A stretch of DNA of 64,000 nt from an uncultured delta proteobacterium (lineage in GTDB: Bacteria > Myxococcota_A > Polyangia > Polyangiales > Polyangiaceae), in the NCBI GenBank assembly GCA_963716725.1, contig CAVQUB010000011.1:352001-416000 (forward strand), in the 5' to 3' direction. The notes beneath the pieces were generated by a model. That model was not told the origin of the DNA. It did not search any database and saw only the letters and a list, made by a program, of their open reading frames with translations. Made by a program: the position numbers and the translations under genes. Below are positions 10,101-19,716 of this stretch, piece by piece; within the stretch, counting starts at the first letter, position 1, and every line of letters begins with the position of its first letter.

Positions 10101-11854
10101 CGCGACAGCCTCCGCGTCACGTTCACGGCCCGGGCCGCGGCCAGCGCCCGTTCCGGCGACCCGTCGATCACGTGGAAGACCCAAGTCGCGCCCTCACCAT
10201 CCGGCAGGGTTTCGTCTCGGATCTCGACCTCGCCGCTCTCGCGGGTGACCTTGGCCGCCAGGTGTACCCGCGCCTGGTCCTTGATCAGGAAGCGCTGCTT
10301 GCCCAGGCTGACCAGACCCGTGGGCAAGGCGAGCTGGAAGCTCTCGAAGCCGAAGTCGCTGCGACGGTACTTGGCCAGGGCGTCATCCGCGAGCGCCCGC
10401 GTCGTGATCAGCTCGTCCTCGAGATCACCCGGAAACGACACGCTGACTTTGGTGGCGGTGCCGACTCCGAAGCTGATCTGCACGCGGTGGTGACCGGGCT
10501 CCACCAGCTCCCACTCCACCCCGCTCTCGCGGTCCCCGCCATCGATGACGAGGTCAAAGGCGGCCTCCGACGCCACGCCCCGGAGTTCGGGCGCCGACCC
10601 GCCGGTCATGTTGCCGAGCTCGGGATCGATGCTCACGCTCTGCTCGCCGACTTCGGCCTTGGCCCGCACGATGACGTCCCGGGCGATCCGCAGCGCCTCG
10701 GTGCAGTGCGCGATGCCGTACTCGACCTCGCCCCGGAAGGGGTTGATGCCCGACGCGTCGGTGACCTGTCCCAGGGCAAGCAGGCGCCAGGCCGCGTCGA
10801 GCTCGAATCGCGCGTCGAGCCCGGCGCTCTTGGCCGCAGTCTCCGCCGCGACCAGTTCGCGTTGGGCCAGCGCACCGACCGATCGAACCTCGTTGTCGCG
10901 CTCGCCGGGCCAGATCCCCTTGCCGCCGAGCCAGCGCAAGACGCCCGTAGTGCTCTTGGGCTGCCAGGTCCCGTCGAAGAGCGGCGGCACGGGCGCGTGC
11001 GGCACTACGTCCTTCACGGCGTCCACGTACTTGTCCACCGTGACGATGGCGTAACCCTGAGCTTCCAGGGCGAAGAGCTGGTCCTCGTACTTCTTCACCG
11101 CCTCGGGCTTGTGGCGGAAGATGTCGGGGAAGTACGGGTTCAGATCGCCGGTCGCCAGGAGCTCGCCGTCGTCCATGAAGGTCCAGGTGATCTCGACGCC
11201 GCTACCGCTCGCGCCGCGGCCACCCTGCACCAAGAAGATGTCGCCGAACGCGTACAGCGGCTCGGCCGGCTCGTCTCCGTGTTGGTAGCTCCAGAGATTC
11301 TTGGGCCAGATCAGGTTGCGGTAGCCGAGCTCGTTCATGCGAGGGGCCAGCGCCTCGCCCGCCTGACCTTCTTGGCAGAACACCGTGCGCGACAGCGGGA
11401 TGTCGTACTTGGTGAAAGTCGCCTGGGTCAGCGCCTGCGAGCGACGCCAGCTCTCCGCGGGGTAGGCGATGAAGAGCTGATCGGAGTAGTGAAAGCTCAC
11501 GACGTCGATCTGCCCGCTCTTGGCCAGCTTGCGCAGCTTGGCCAGCACCGTCGGGTGCCGGGCGGCGAGAGCGTCCAAGAAGTAGCCCTGAAGCTCGATG
11601 TCCACGCCCCAGCTCGGATGCTTCTCGTACAGATCGATCACCGGAGCAAAGCTCTCGGTGATGATCAGGTCTTCCATGGCGTCGTTGTCGAGGTCGAGCT
11701 CGGCGTTGGCAATGGCCCAGAACCCGAGCATGCCCCCGGCGACGTATTGCAAGTTGTAGTGGAAGACCCCCAGCGCGTATTTCTGTTGAGCCGCGCTCGG
11801 GCTGCAGACCAAGGCCAGCACCAGGCAGATCGCGAAGGCCAGGGCGCGCTTCAT
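10097..11854 (-). CDS. Secreted glycoside hydrolase family 57-like protein
   Basis: Signal peptide; FHYNLQY, ESFAPVID, LRKLAKSGQIDVVSFHYSDQ resemble the GH57 N-terminal barrel. Confidence 0.55.
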   Translation of the reverse strand: MKRALAFAICLVLALVCSPSAAQQKYALGVFHYNLQYVAGGMLGFWAIANAELDLDNDAMEDLIITESFAPVIDLYEKHPSWGVDIELQGYFLDALAARHPTVLAKLRKLAKSGQIDVVSFHYSDQLFIAYPAESWRRSQALTQATFTKYDIPLSRTVFCQEGQAGEALAPRMNELGYRNLIWPKNLWSYQHGDEPAEPLYAFGDIFLVQGGRGASGSGVEITWTFMDDGELLATGDLNPYFPDIFRHKPEAVKKYEDQLFALEAQGYAIVTVDKYVDAVKDVVPHAPVPPLFDGTWQPKSTTGVLRWLGGKGIWPGERDNEVRSVGALAQRELVAAETAAKSAGLDARFELDAAWRLLALGQVTDASGINPFRGEVEYGIAHCTEALRIARDVIVRAKAEVGEQSVSIDPELGNMTGGSAPELRGVASEAAFDLVIDGGDRESGVEWELVEPGHHRVQISFGVGTATKVSVSFPGDLEDELITTRALADDALAKYRRSDFGFESFQLALPTGLVSLGKQRFLIKDQARVHLAAKVTRESGEVEIRDETLPDGEGATWVFHVIDGSPERALAAARAVNVTRRLSR

Positions 11855-11857
11855 GGC

Positions 11858-12211
11858 TCAGGCCTTCTGGAATGGCGGCCAGCCCAGCGGCCGTCCACCG
11901 ACGACGTGCAGGTGGACGTGGAACACGCTCTGCCCCGCCTCCGCCCCGCAGTTCATCACCGCGCGGTAGCCGCGCTCGGTCAGTCCCTCGAGCCGGGCGA
12001 CTTCGGCGGCCACCAGCAGCAGGTGCCCCATGTCGGCCTCGTGCTCGGGCAAGACGTCGTTGATGGTCGACACATGCACCCGCGGGATCACCAATACGTG
12101 AGTCGGCGCGACGGGATTGATGTCACGAAACGCCAAGGCTCGGTCGTCTTCGTAGACGACCGTCGAGGGGATTTCCTTTTTCGCGATCTTGCAAAACAAG
12201 CAGCCTTCCAT
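11858..12211 (-). CDS. hinT: HIT (histidine triad) nucleotide-binding protein
   Basis: CLFCKI, FRDINPVAPTHVLVIP, GQSVFHVHLHVVGGR. Confidence 0.92.
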   Translation of the reverse strand: MEGCLFCKIAKKEIPSTVVYEDDRALAFRDINPVAPTHVLVIPRVHVSTINDVLPEHEADMGHLLLVAAEVARLEGLTERGYRAVMNCGAEAGQSVFHVHLHVVGGRPLGWPPFQKA

Positions 12212-12300
12212 CCGGACACCTCCCGTGCGGACGCGATGCTAGAGCATCTCGCCGCCGGATGGATCGGCCGCGCGACCGCGAGTCGACGGAAGGTGGCGGC

Positions 12301-12751
12301 TCAAAACGTCTTCTTGGTATCGACCAAGATGGTGATCGGCCCGCTGTTTTCCAGCGCCACCAGCATATCAGCGCGAAAGCGGCCCGTCGCGACCGTGACG
12401 CCGGCGCTGCGGCTCTTGTCGCAGTAGCGCTCGAACAGCTCGTTGGCTCGCCCTGGCTCCATGGCCTCGACGAAGCTGGGACGGCGGCCCTTGCGAGTGT
12501 CGCCCAAGAGCGTGAACTGCGAGACCGCGAGGAGCGCGCCGCCGGTTTCTTGCAGGCTCCGGTTCATCTTGCCCTCGTTGTCCTCGAAAATGCGCAGGCC
12601 CAGCACCTTGTCGGCGAGGGCGTCGGCGTCGGCCTCAGCGTCGTCGCGTGAGACGCCGACCAGCACGCAGAGCCCAGGCCCAATCGCGCCCACGATTTCG
12701 CCCTCGACCCGGACGCTCGCGCTCCGGACAGCGTTGAACCACTGCTCGCAT
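12301..12751 (-). CDS. dtd: D-aminoacyl-tRNA deacylase (frameshift near 12730)
   Basis: MRAVVQR then, after removing one base, [29 protein letters not shown] and NSGPIT motifs. Confidence 0.92.
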
Positions 12752-12814
12752 GCACGACCGAGCTACCACGGCGCAGGGGTTGATCCCAAGGCTCGGATCG
12801 GGCCTTGATCGCCC

Positions 12815-13714
12815 GTGATCAAACGAGCACCGCCTCCCCTCCCCGAATGGCTCGAGCAGATGCTGCCCTTCGAGCGTTACACCGCCCTGGCCGACGGGCA
12901 CTCGCTTCACGTGATGGAGGCCGGGCAAGGGCGCCCCGTGCTCTGCGTGCACGGCAACCCGACTTGGGGCTTCTTGTATCGCAAGGTGGCCGCGGCCCTC
13001 GGCGCCGGTTCGCATCGCGTCGTGATGCCAGATCTGGTCGGCCTCGGCCTCTCGGACAAGCCGAGATCCGCGCGGGCGCACACTCTAGAAAACCACATCC
13101 GCTGGTTGGGCGCGTTGGTCGACGAGCTCGATCTGCGAGACGTCATCCTGGTCGTGCAAGACTGGGGCGGTCCCATCGGCCTCGGCGCCTTCGCCGAGCG
13201 CGAGAATCGCCTCGCCGGACTCGTGATCCTGAACACCGTGGTCGGACCTCCCCGCCCCGGCTTTCGACCCACGGCGTTTCACCGCTTCGCGCGCGCGCCT
13301 TTGATCTCCGATCTCGCCTTCCGCGCCCTCGGCTTCCCGCAAGTGGCCCTGCACCGGGCCCAAGGCGATCCGCAGAGCATCAGCGGCGAGGTCGCGCGCG
13401 CTTATCGCTGGCCGCTGCGGCGGTTTTCCGACCGCATGGCTCCCCTCGCGCTCGCCCGCATGGTCCCGGACTCGCTCGGGCACCCGAGCATCCCGGCGCT
13501 CGAGCGCTGCCAAGACTTGGTGCAACGCTTCCGCGGACCGACCGCCATCGTCTGGGGCGATCGCGATCCGGTGCTGGGTCGGGTGCGCCGCCACGTGGAG
13601 AAGCTGCTGCCCGAAGCCGCGGTGACGGTGACCGAAGCAGGCCATTTCCTGCAAGAAGAGGTGCCCGACGAGATCGCGCGAGCCGTCATTTCGGTCGGCG
13701 CGCGGGCGCGTTGA
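12815..13714 (+). CDS. Haloalkane dehalogenase-like alpha/beta hydrolase
   Basis: HGNPTWGFLYR, VQDWGGPIG nucleophile Asp, AGHFLQEE. Confidence 0.85.
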   Translation: MIKRAPPPLPEWLEQMLPFERYTALADGHSLHVMEAGQGRPVLCVHGNPTWGFLYRKVAAALGAGSHRVVMPDLVGLGLSDKPRSARAHTLENHIRWLGALVDELDLRDVILVVQDWGGPIGLGAFAERENRLAGLVILNTVVGPPRPGFRPTAFHRFARAPLISDLAFRALGFPQVALHRAQGDPQSISGEVARAYRWPLRRFSDRMAPLALARMVPDSLGHPSIPALERCQDLVQRFRGPTAIVWGDRDPVLGRVRRHVEKLLPEAAVTVTEAGHFLQEEVPDEIARAVISVGARAR

Positions 13715-13735
13715 GCATCGGGTATGCTGGCGCCG

Positions 13736-15697
13736 ATGCGTCAGCCAGTGCCGAGTGGGGCGCGCACGCCGTTCACGGGGATGACCTTTGCGTCCGACCT
13801 GCACCCCGGCGTGCGGTATCGGCTCGAGCACGTGCTCGGGCAGGGAGGCACCGCCGTCGCGTATTTCGCCACCCGCCTCGCCAGCGACGGTGAGTCGCCG
13901 GCCGTCGTCAAGATCATCCAACCGCGCATCGCCGTCGAATCCAGCGACATCGCCCTCACCATCATCAAGAAAGAGGCTGTGGCGCTCGGGCGCCTGAACG
14001 AGCAGGTTCCGCCGACACCGCACGTGGTTCGGCTGATGGATACCGGCACCACCGACTACGAGTACTTCGCGCGCCAGGTCAGCCTGCCGTGGATCGCCCT
14101 GGAGTACGTGCACGGAGGCGGCGAAGGCACCACCCTCGAGGAGCGCGTCGACTACGCGGTGAAGCACACGGGCTACGCCTTCGATCCAGCCCGCGCCGCC
14201 CGCGCCATCGACAGCCTGGCCCGCGGTCTGGCCGAGATCCACTCGGTGGGCGTCGTGCACCGCGATCTGACGCCCGGCAACGTGCTGTGCTGCGGCGCCG
14301 GCGAGACCGAGCTCTACAAGATCAGTGACTTCGGGATCGCGCGTCCCAGCGGCCTCGCCGCCACCTTCGGAGATGCCATCGTGGGAACTCCGGGATACGT
14401 CGCCCCCGAGCAGCTTGGAGGCAACAGCCCGCTGAGCATCCAGAGCGACATCTTCAGCTTCGCGGCCATCGTCTATTACCTGCTGACCGGTCAGCGCTAC
14501 TTCGACGTGAGCTCTCCGACTCAGGCCATCATCGCCGTCGGAACTCCGGAGCGGCGATCGCTGCTCGAAGCCGCCACACTCTCTCCCGAGCTGCGCGAGC
14601 GCGAGGCAGCATGCCAAGCCATCGACTTGGCGCTCGCTCGCGCCACCGCGCCAAATCCGCCCGAGCGCCCGGGATCGGCGGCGCTGTTTTCCCAGAGCCT
14701 GTTGCCGTGGTTGGCCCAAGACTCGGCGGGAGTGAAGCCGAGCCGGCGCTGGGTCACCAGCATGGATCTGCTGCGAAGCGAGCCGGAAGTCAGCTCGAGT
14801 TGGGTCGTGCGCCATCCGCCCGGCAACGACCGCCTGCTCACCAGCGTGGCGTGGAACGGCAGCGGCCACTGCCTGGCTGCGTCGACCCGCGGCCTGGTCT
14901 ACTGGGACGGAACGCACTGGGCCGTGGTCCCGACCGAAGGCCTGGGCGATTTGGGGCGCGTGCAGTTCGTGCGTCGACTGACGGCGACGAGTTGGCTCTT
15001 GGGCAGCGAGCGAGGAGCATTGATCGAGTATTCGCGCGGGGGCTTGCGCGAACTCGCGCGTCTGCCCGATCCGGCACTCTCGATCGTGGACGCTCACGGC
15101 GAGCTGGGCGATCTCGCGGTCATCGCCGCCGAAGACGCGTCACGCCGACCCTACCTGATCGGACACGCCGCCCGACGCTTCATGCGCCCGCTGCCCGTCG
15201 AGGGCGCGGCGAGCGTGTCTGCCGTCGCGCGCATCGACGACGCGAGTTGGTTGGTGATCGGACGCAGCGTCGAAGGAAAGTCCTACGCCGCGCGCTACCT
15301 CCCCCTCGAGTGGACCCTGTCCCCCATTGCCACGCCTGAAGGGCGTGCCCTGGTCGCGGCGGCGAGCCGACCGGAACGCGGCTTGGCGGTCGCAGTCGGT
15401 TCGGACGGAGGCATCGTGCGGGTCGAGCGCGACAAGTGCGCGGCGATCAACGTCGAGGGGCGTCCAGATCTCGCCGCTGTTGCCATCGATGTGGTGGGCA
15501 ATGAATGGGCAGCAGGCGCCGGCTGCATCTGGGCAAACCGCGCTCAGCGCGGCTGGAAGCGGGTCTGGGACAACACCACCTGGCGTCCGCCGTTCATCAG
15601 TCTGCTGGCCGAGTCAGGCATGGTCGTGGCCGTGACGGTGGACAGCGGCGTGCTCGAATCTCGATCGCTTGCGACGGACAAGACGCGGCCCGCATGA
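13736..15697 (+). CDS. Ser/Thr protein kinase with a C-terminal beta-propeller-like domain
   Basis: LGQGG, VVK, HRDLTPGN, DFG, GTPGYVAPE; start may be 13724 or 13736. Confidence 0.88.
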   Translation: MRQPVPSGARTPFTGMTFASDLHPGVRYRLEHVLGQGGTAVAYFATRLASDGESPAVVKIIQPRIAVESSDIALTIIKKEAVALGRLNEQVPPTPHVVRLMDTGTTDYEYFARQVSLPWIALEYVHGGGEGTTLEERVDYAVKHTGYAFDPARAARAIDSLARGLAEIHSVGVVHRDLTPGNVLCCGAGETELYKISDFGIARPSGLAATFGDAIVGTPGYVAPEQLGGNSPLSIQSDIFSFAAIVYYLLTGQRYFDVSSPTQAIIAVGTPERRSLLEAATLSPELREREAACQAIDLALARATAPNPPERPGSAALFSQSLLPWLAQDSAGVKPSRRWVTSMDLLRSEPEVSSSWVVRHPPGNDRLLTSVAWNGSGHCLAASTRGLVYWDGTHWAVVPTEGLGDLGRVQFVRRLTATSWLLGSERGALIEYSRGGLRELARLPDPALSIVDAHGELGDLAVIAAEDASRRPYLIGHAARRFMRPLPVEGAASVSAVARIDDASWLVIGRSVEGKSYAARYLPLEWTLSPIATPEGRALVAAASRPERGLAVAVGSDGGIVRVERDKCAAINVEGRPDLAAVAIDVVGNEWAAGAGCIWANRAQRGWKRVWDNTTWRPPFISLLAESGMVVAVTVDSGVLESRSLATDKTRPA

Positions 15698-15763
15698 ATC
15701 CTCCAGAGGACTTCCTTCGGTCGCCCGGAGCGCCCTCTTGCGGCGCTCCAGGCCGGACGACCG

Positions 15764-16348
15764 TCACTTGAGGCAGGCCGCGCCAATCGCAGCGCAATGC
15801 GCGTCGCTTGCCTTCACAGCGCCGTAGCAGTTCATGCACTTGCCGATGGTGATCATGCCGTAGCACTCTGGGGTCTTGGTCACCGGATACCCGAGAAGCT
15901 CGGCCTGCACCGTCGCGCACTGCGTCTGGAGCGAGGTCGCTACCGGCTGGTACTGGCAGAGATCTGCGCAGGAAGTCACCGGCCAGGGCAATCCAGGCGC
16001 GCCGCCGCCACCGGGGGAACCGCCGCCACCGGGGGAACCGCCGCCACCGGGGGAACCGCCGCCGCCGGGGGAACCGCCGCCGCCGGGGGAACCGCCGCCG
16101 CCGGGGGAACCGCCGCCACCGGGGGAACCGCCGCCACCGGGGGAACCGCCGCCGCCCGTGCCCTGACCCGCGCCGCCGCCCGTGCCCTGACCCGCGCTGC
16201 CGCCCGTGTTGGACTGGCCACCGCCGCCGGACTGGCCACCGGTGCCTTGGTCTCCGTTTTCATTGGCCTCGACGTAGCAGGCGTTGGTGAGGCCAAGGGC
16301 AGCGAGCAGCGCGATGGATTTCGGAATGCGAAGCTGTGAGCGTTTCAT
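15764..16348 (-). CDS. Gly-rich, Cys-rich lipoprotein
   Basis: Lipobox LTNAC, (GGGGSP)n linker, 8-Cys C-terminal domain. Confidence 0.7.
   Translation of the reverse strand: MKRSQLRIPKSIALLAALGLTNACYVEANENGDQGTGGQSGGGGQSNTGGSAGQGTGGGAGQGTGGGGSPGGGGSPGGGGSPGGGGSPGGGGSPGGGGSPGGGGSPGGGGSPGGGGAPGLPWPVTSCADLCQYQPVATSLQTQCATVQAELLGYPVTKTPECYGMITIGKCMNCYGAVKASDAHCAAIGAACLK
16001..16155. repeat. 18-bp coding tandem repeat (CCGCCGCCRCCGGGGGAA, ~8 copies)
   Basis: Directly visible; encodes SPGGGG repeats. Confidence 0.95.
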
Positions 16349-16511
16349 GGTCAATCTCTCCGCGCCCGGGGGAAGGACCGCGCGCACCAGGGCCTACAGC
16401 AACCCCGATGCCAGCGGCGCAAGGCGGGCAATCGAGGGATTTTCCCGATTCGCGGTGGCGAAAGTGCAGGTCCCTCCCGGCCAATGGAGGGCTCGACCCG
16501 ACCGCGCGAAG

Positions 16512-16922
16512 TCACGAGTGATAGAGCATGAAGTACACCGCGACGCCGCTCACCGAGACGAACAGCCAGATCGGAAGCGTGACGCGGGCGATGCGCTTGT
16601 GCTGCGCTCTCTGATCCCGTAGCGCGCGCACCAAGGTCACGACCACCAGCGGCGCGAGCGCCGCGGCCAAGAGCACGTGAGGCAGCAAGATGCCAAAGTA
16701 CAAGCTGCGGATGGCTCCAGTCCCTTGAAAGGGAACCGAACCCACTCGGGCGTGGTGAATCACGTACGAAACCAAGAATGCCACGGACAGCGCGCTGGCC
16801 GAGAGCATGAAGCCCCGATGGCGCTGGCGATCGCCGCGACGAATCGCTACGAATCCCGCGACCAAGCACAGCGCCGCGGCGGTGTTGAGCACCGCGTTCA
16901 AGGTCGCGAGGGAGCTCGGCAT
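16512..16922 (-). CDS. DUF420 membrane protein
   Basis: LNAVLN..HRGFMLSA..FLVSY..H..LPIWLFVSVSGVAVYFML; 4 TM. Confidence 0.88.
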   Translation of the reverse strand: MPSSLATLNAVLNTAAALCLVAGFVAIRRGDRQRHRGFMLSASALSVAFLVSYVIHHARVGSVPFQGTGAIRSLYFGILLPHVLLAAALAPLVVVTLVRALRDQRAQHKRIARVTLPIWLFVSVSGVAVYFMLYHS

Positions 16923-17030
16923 GACTCGGGGCCCTCCTAACACGGACGGCGCCGGCAGGTAGCCCGAGCCAAACCCGCGAGTCTTTCGCGAACGGAGCGG
17001 CACCGACTGGGGCTAGACTCCCCCCTCACC

Positions 17031-17177
17031 GTGAGTGTCCGCCACCTATCCGTCGTCGCCCTGACCCTGCTCACCCTGACCGCGGTGCTCCTCTCCGGGT
17101 GTCCGGGCGCACTAGAGGATCCAGATCGCTTCGACGACCCCGACGCTTCGACCTCGGACGCCGGGAGTGACAGTTGA
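17031..17177 (+). CDS. Small (48 aa) lipoprotein
   Basis: Not in the ORF track; VSVRHLSVVALTLLTLTAVLLSGCPGALEDPDRFDD...; LSGC lipobox; TGATG coupling to the next gene. Confidence 0.6.
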   Translation: MSVRHLSVVALTLLTLTAVLLSGCPGALEDPDRFDDPDASTSDAGSDS

Positions 17178-18811
17178 TGCGATGGCTCTGGACGCTGCTT
17201 GCGGCGGTGGTCGCGGTGGTGTGCACACCAACCGCTGCGCACGCCGGTGACGCCGTCCGGGTCGTGGTGCGGGACGTGTCCGGCGACGGAGCGCCCAGCG
17301 CGCGCAACGCTTTGGTGCGCATGCTGGCCGCGGAGGCCGATGTGCACGTCGTGAGCCGCGCGTACTTCTCGAAGGTGGCTGCTCGCCTGGACCTATCGCC
17401 GAAGGACGCGAGCGCACAGAAGCGTCTCCAGCGGGCCCTCAGTGTGGCGGCGGTGATCCACGGCGACGTGACGGAGTCCGACGCCGGCGTCACGCTCAGC
17501 GTGAAGTTTCGCGGCGCCGGCACCGACGTGGTCGAGTCTCAGGAGATCTCGGCAACGACCCGCCGCGAGCTCGCGAAGAAAATCGAGGCCGAGGGCTGGG
17601 AGCTGCTCGGTCCCTCCATCCGCGACGCCGCGGTGCCCAAGCCGACGCAGAAGCGCCTGGTCCTACTCGAGGTCTCCGGCGCCAAGTCCGGCGCCGTCCG
17701 CGCCGCCATCGAGAAGGCCTTCGAGAAGAGCGAATCCCTGCTGCTCGTGCCGGAGTCGGAGGCGGCCGATGCCAAGCCCTCCGAGGCCCGAAAACCCAAG
17801 GAGCGCGCCCTGGTGGCGGCGGCGTTGGGAGCCACTGCGCTTCTGAGCGCGGAAGTCCAAGGCGCTCGCCCGATGAAGCTCAAGGTGGTCGTGCTGAACG
17901 GCAAGAACGCCGACGAACTCGGGGACCTCGAGCTGAAGGGCGCGACGGCGGCGTTGCTCGCGCGCTCTATTTCGGCGCAGCTCGCGAAGATGGTCGGCCC
18001 CATCGTCGAGGGGGCCGAGCCACCGATCCCGCCGCGAGAAGAGCCGGAGGACGAGCCCGAGGACGAAGCGCCACCTGCCGCCAAGCCCAGCTCGCGCCCC
18101 TCACCGCTCGAGGCGACGCTCGCCTTCGGCATCGGCACCCGGAACTACCGCTACAGCGACGATCTCTTCAGCGCCCTGCGCGCGTACAAGATGGGACCGA
18201 CGCCGCTGGCATCCCTCGCCACGCGTTGGTATCCGGCCGCCCATTTCACGGGGGGAGCCGCCGCTCACGTCGGCATCGCGGCCTCATTCGAACAGGCGTT
18301 CTTGATCGAAAGCCGAGCCAACGGCGAGAGCTACGACACCAGCGCGCGGCAGTGGCTCTTGGGCCTGCACGGTCGCCTGCCCCTCGACTCCCTCGAGCTC
18401 GGCGCCGACATCGGGCTCGGCAATCACAGCTTCGAGGTGGACGACGATCCGGCTCGGCCCTTGGTCCCGGACGTGTCGTACCAGTTCGTGCGCCTTGGCA
18501 TCGACGCGCGCTACCGCACGTCGAGCTGGCTCCTGGCGGGCGCCATCGGCTACCGCCACGTCACCGACGCCGGAGCGATCTCCACCGACGAGTGGTTCCC
18601 TCGCCTGAGCGTCGCAGGCCTCGACGCCGGCGCGCACGTCGGGTTGGGGGTCAGCGAAGGCTTGCACCTGCTCGTCGGAGTTCTCTATCGACGCTACGGG
18701 TTCAGCATGAACCCCGAGCCCGGCGATCCTCATGTCGCCGGCGGCGCCCTCGACAGCTACATCAGCGGCTGGGCCGGCGTCGGTGGGGAGCTCCCGGGCA
18801 AAGGGCCGTGA
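17177..18811 (+). CDS. Secreted protein with a probable C-terminal outer-membrane beta-barrel
   Basis: Signal peptide, two related alpha/beta N-domains, Pro/Glu linker, amphipathic beta-strand C-terminus. Confidence 0.6.
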   Translation: MRWLWTLLAAVVAVVCTPTAAHAGDAVRVVVRDVSGDGAPSARNALVRMLAAEADVHVVSRAYFSKVAARLDLSPKDASAQKRLQRALSVAAVIHGDVTESDAGVTLSVKFRGAGTDVVESQEISATTRRELAKKIEAEGWELLGPSIRDAAVPKPTQKRLVLLEVSGAKSGAVRAAIEKAFEKSESLLLVPESEAADAKPSEARKPKERALVAAALGATALLSAEVQGARPMKLKVVVLNGKNADELGDLELKGATAALLARSISAQLAKMVGPIVEGAEPPIPPREEPEDEPEDEAPPAAKPSSRPSPLEATLAFGIGTRNYRYSDDLFSALRAYKMGPTPLASLATRWYPAAHFTGGAAAHVGIAASFEQAFLIESRANGESYDTSARQWLLGLHGRLPLDSLELGADIGLGNHSFEVDDDPARPLVPDVSYQFVRLGIDARYRTSSWLLAGAIGYRHVTDAGAISTDEWFPRLSVAGLDAGAHVGLGVSEGLHLLVGVLYRRYGFSMNPEPGDPHVAGGALDSYISGWAGVGGELPGKGP

Positions 18812-19716
18812 GCCACCCGCAGACGAGCTCCGGCCGCGGTCGGGCCTTGGTGATCCTCGCGGCCCTGTGTTTCTCCACCGGCGGCGCCGCCATCAAGGCC
18901 ACGGCGCTCTCGAGCTTTCAGGTGGCGAGCTTCCGCTCGGGAGTGGCCGCTCTGGCGATGCTCCTGCTCGTGCCCGCCGCGCGCGCACGCTGGACCTGGC
19001 GAGCGCTGGCCGTCGGGCTCGCCTACGCGACCACGATGGTGCTCTTCGTGAGCGCCAACAAATTGACCACTGCAGCGAACACCATCTTCCTGCAGTCGTC
19101 GGCGCCGCTCTACGTGCTCCTGCTCTCCGTGCTCGTGCTGCGCGAGGGGGTCGGCCGCAAAGATCTCCTGTACATGTTGGTCCTCGCCGGCGGACTCGCG
19201 CTCTTCTTCGTGGGCGTGCGTGCGCCGGACGAGCTGGCGCCCAATCCCCTGCTCGGCAACGTGCTGGCCACGACGGCCGGCGTGTCTTGGGCACTGACCG
19301 TGTTCGGGCTGCGTTGGATCGAGCAGCGGGAACCAGAGCGCGGCGGCTCCCGCGCTGTGTTGGCCGGCAACCTGATCGCGTTCACGGCGTGTCTGCCTTG
19401 GGCGCTGCCCGTCGGCTCCGCCACGCCGAAGGACTTCTGGGTCATCGTTTACCTGGGCTTGATCCAGATTGGGCTCGCCTACGTGCTCTTGATGCGCGCA
19501 GTGCAGACCGTTCCCGCGCTCGAAGCGTCGCTGCTGCTCTTGGTCGAGCCGGTCCTCTCGCCGATTTGGGCCTGGCTAGCGCACGGCGAGATCCCCGGTG
19601 TCTGGGCCATGGTCGGCGGCGCGGTGATCCTCGGAGCCACGACGGCGCGCACCACCGTCGATTTCCTGGGCGCACGGCGCCTGCGCCGAATCGCGCGCGG
19701 CTCTCACCAGGCATAG
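18808..19716 (+). CDS. EamA/DMT family transporter
   Basis: About 10 TM helices; ANTIFLQSSAPLYV, LLLLVEPVLSPIW; GTG start at 18808. Confidence 0.88.
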   Translation: MSHPQTSSGRGRALVILAALCFSTGGAAIKATALSSFQVASFRSGVAALAMLLLVPAARARWTWRALAVGLAYATTMVLFVSANKLTTAANTIFLQSSAPLYVLLLSVLVLREGVGRKDLLYMLVLAGGLALFFVGVRAPDELAPNPLLGNVLATTAGVSWALTVFGLRWIEQREPERGGSRAVLAGNLIAFTACLPWALPVGSATPKDFWVIVYLGLIQIGLAYVLLMRAVQTVPALEASLLLLVEPVLSPIWAWLAHGEIPGVWAMVGGAVILGATTARTTVDFLGARRLRRIARGSHQA

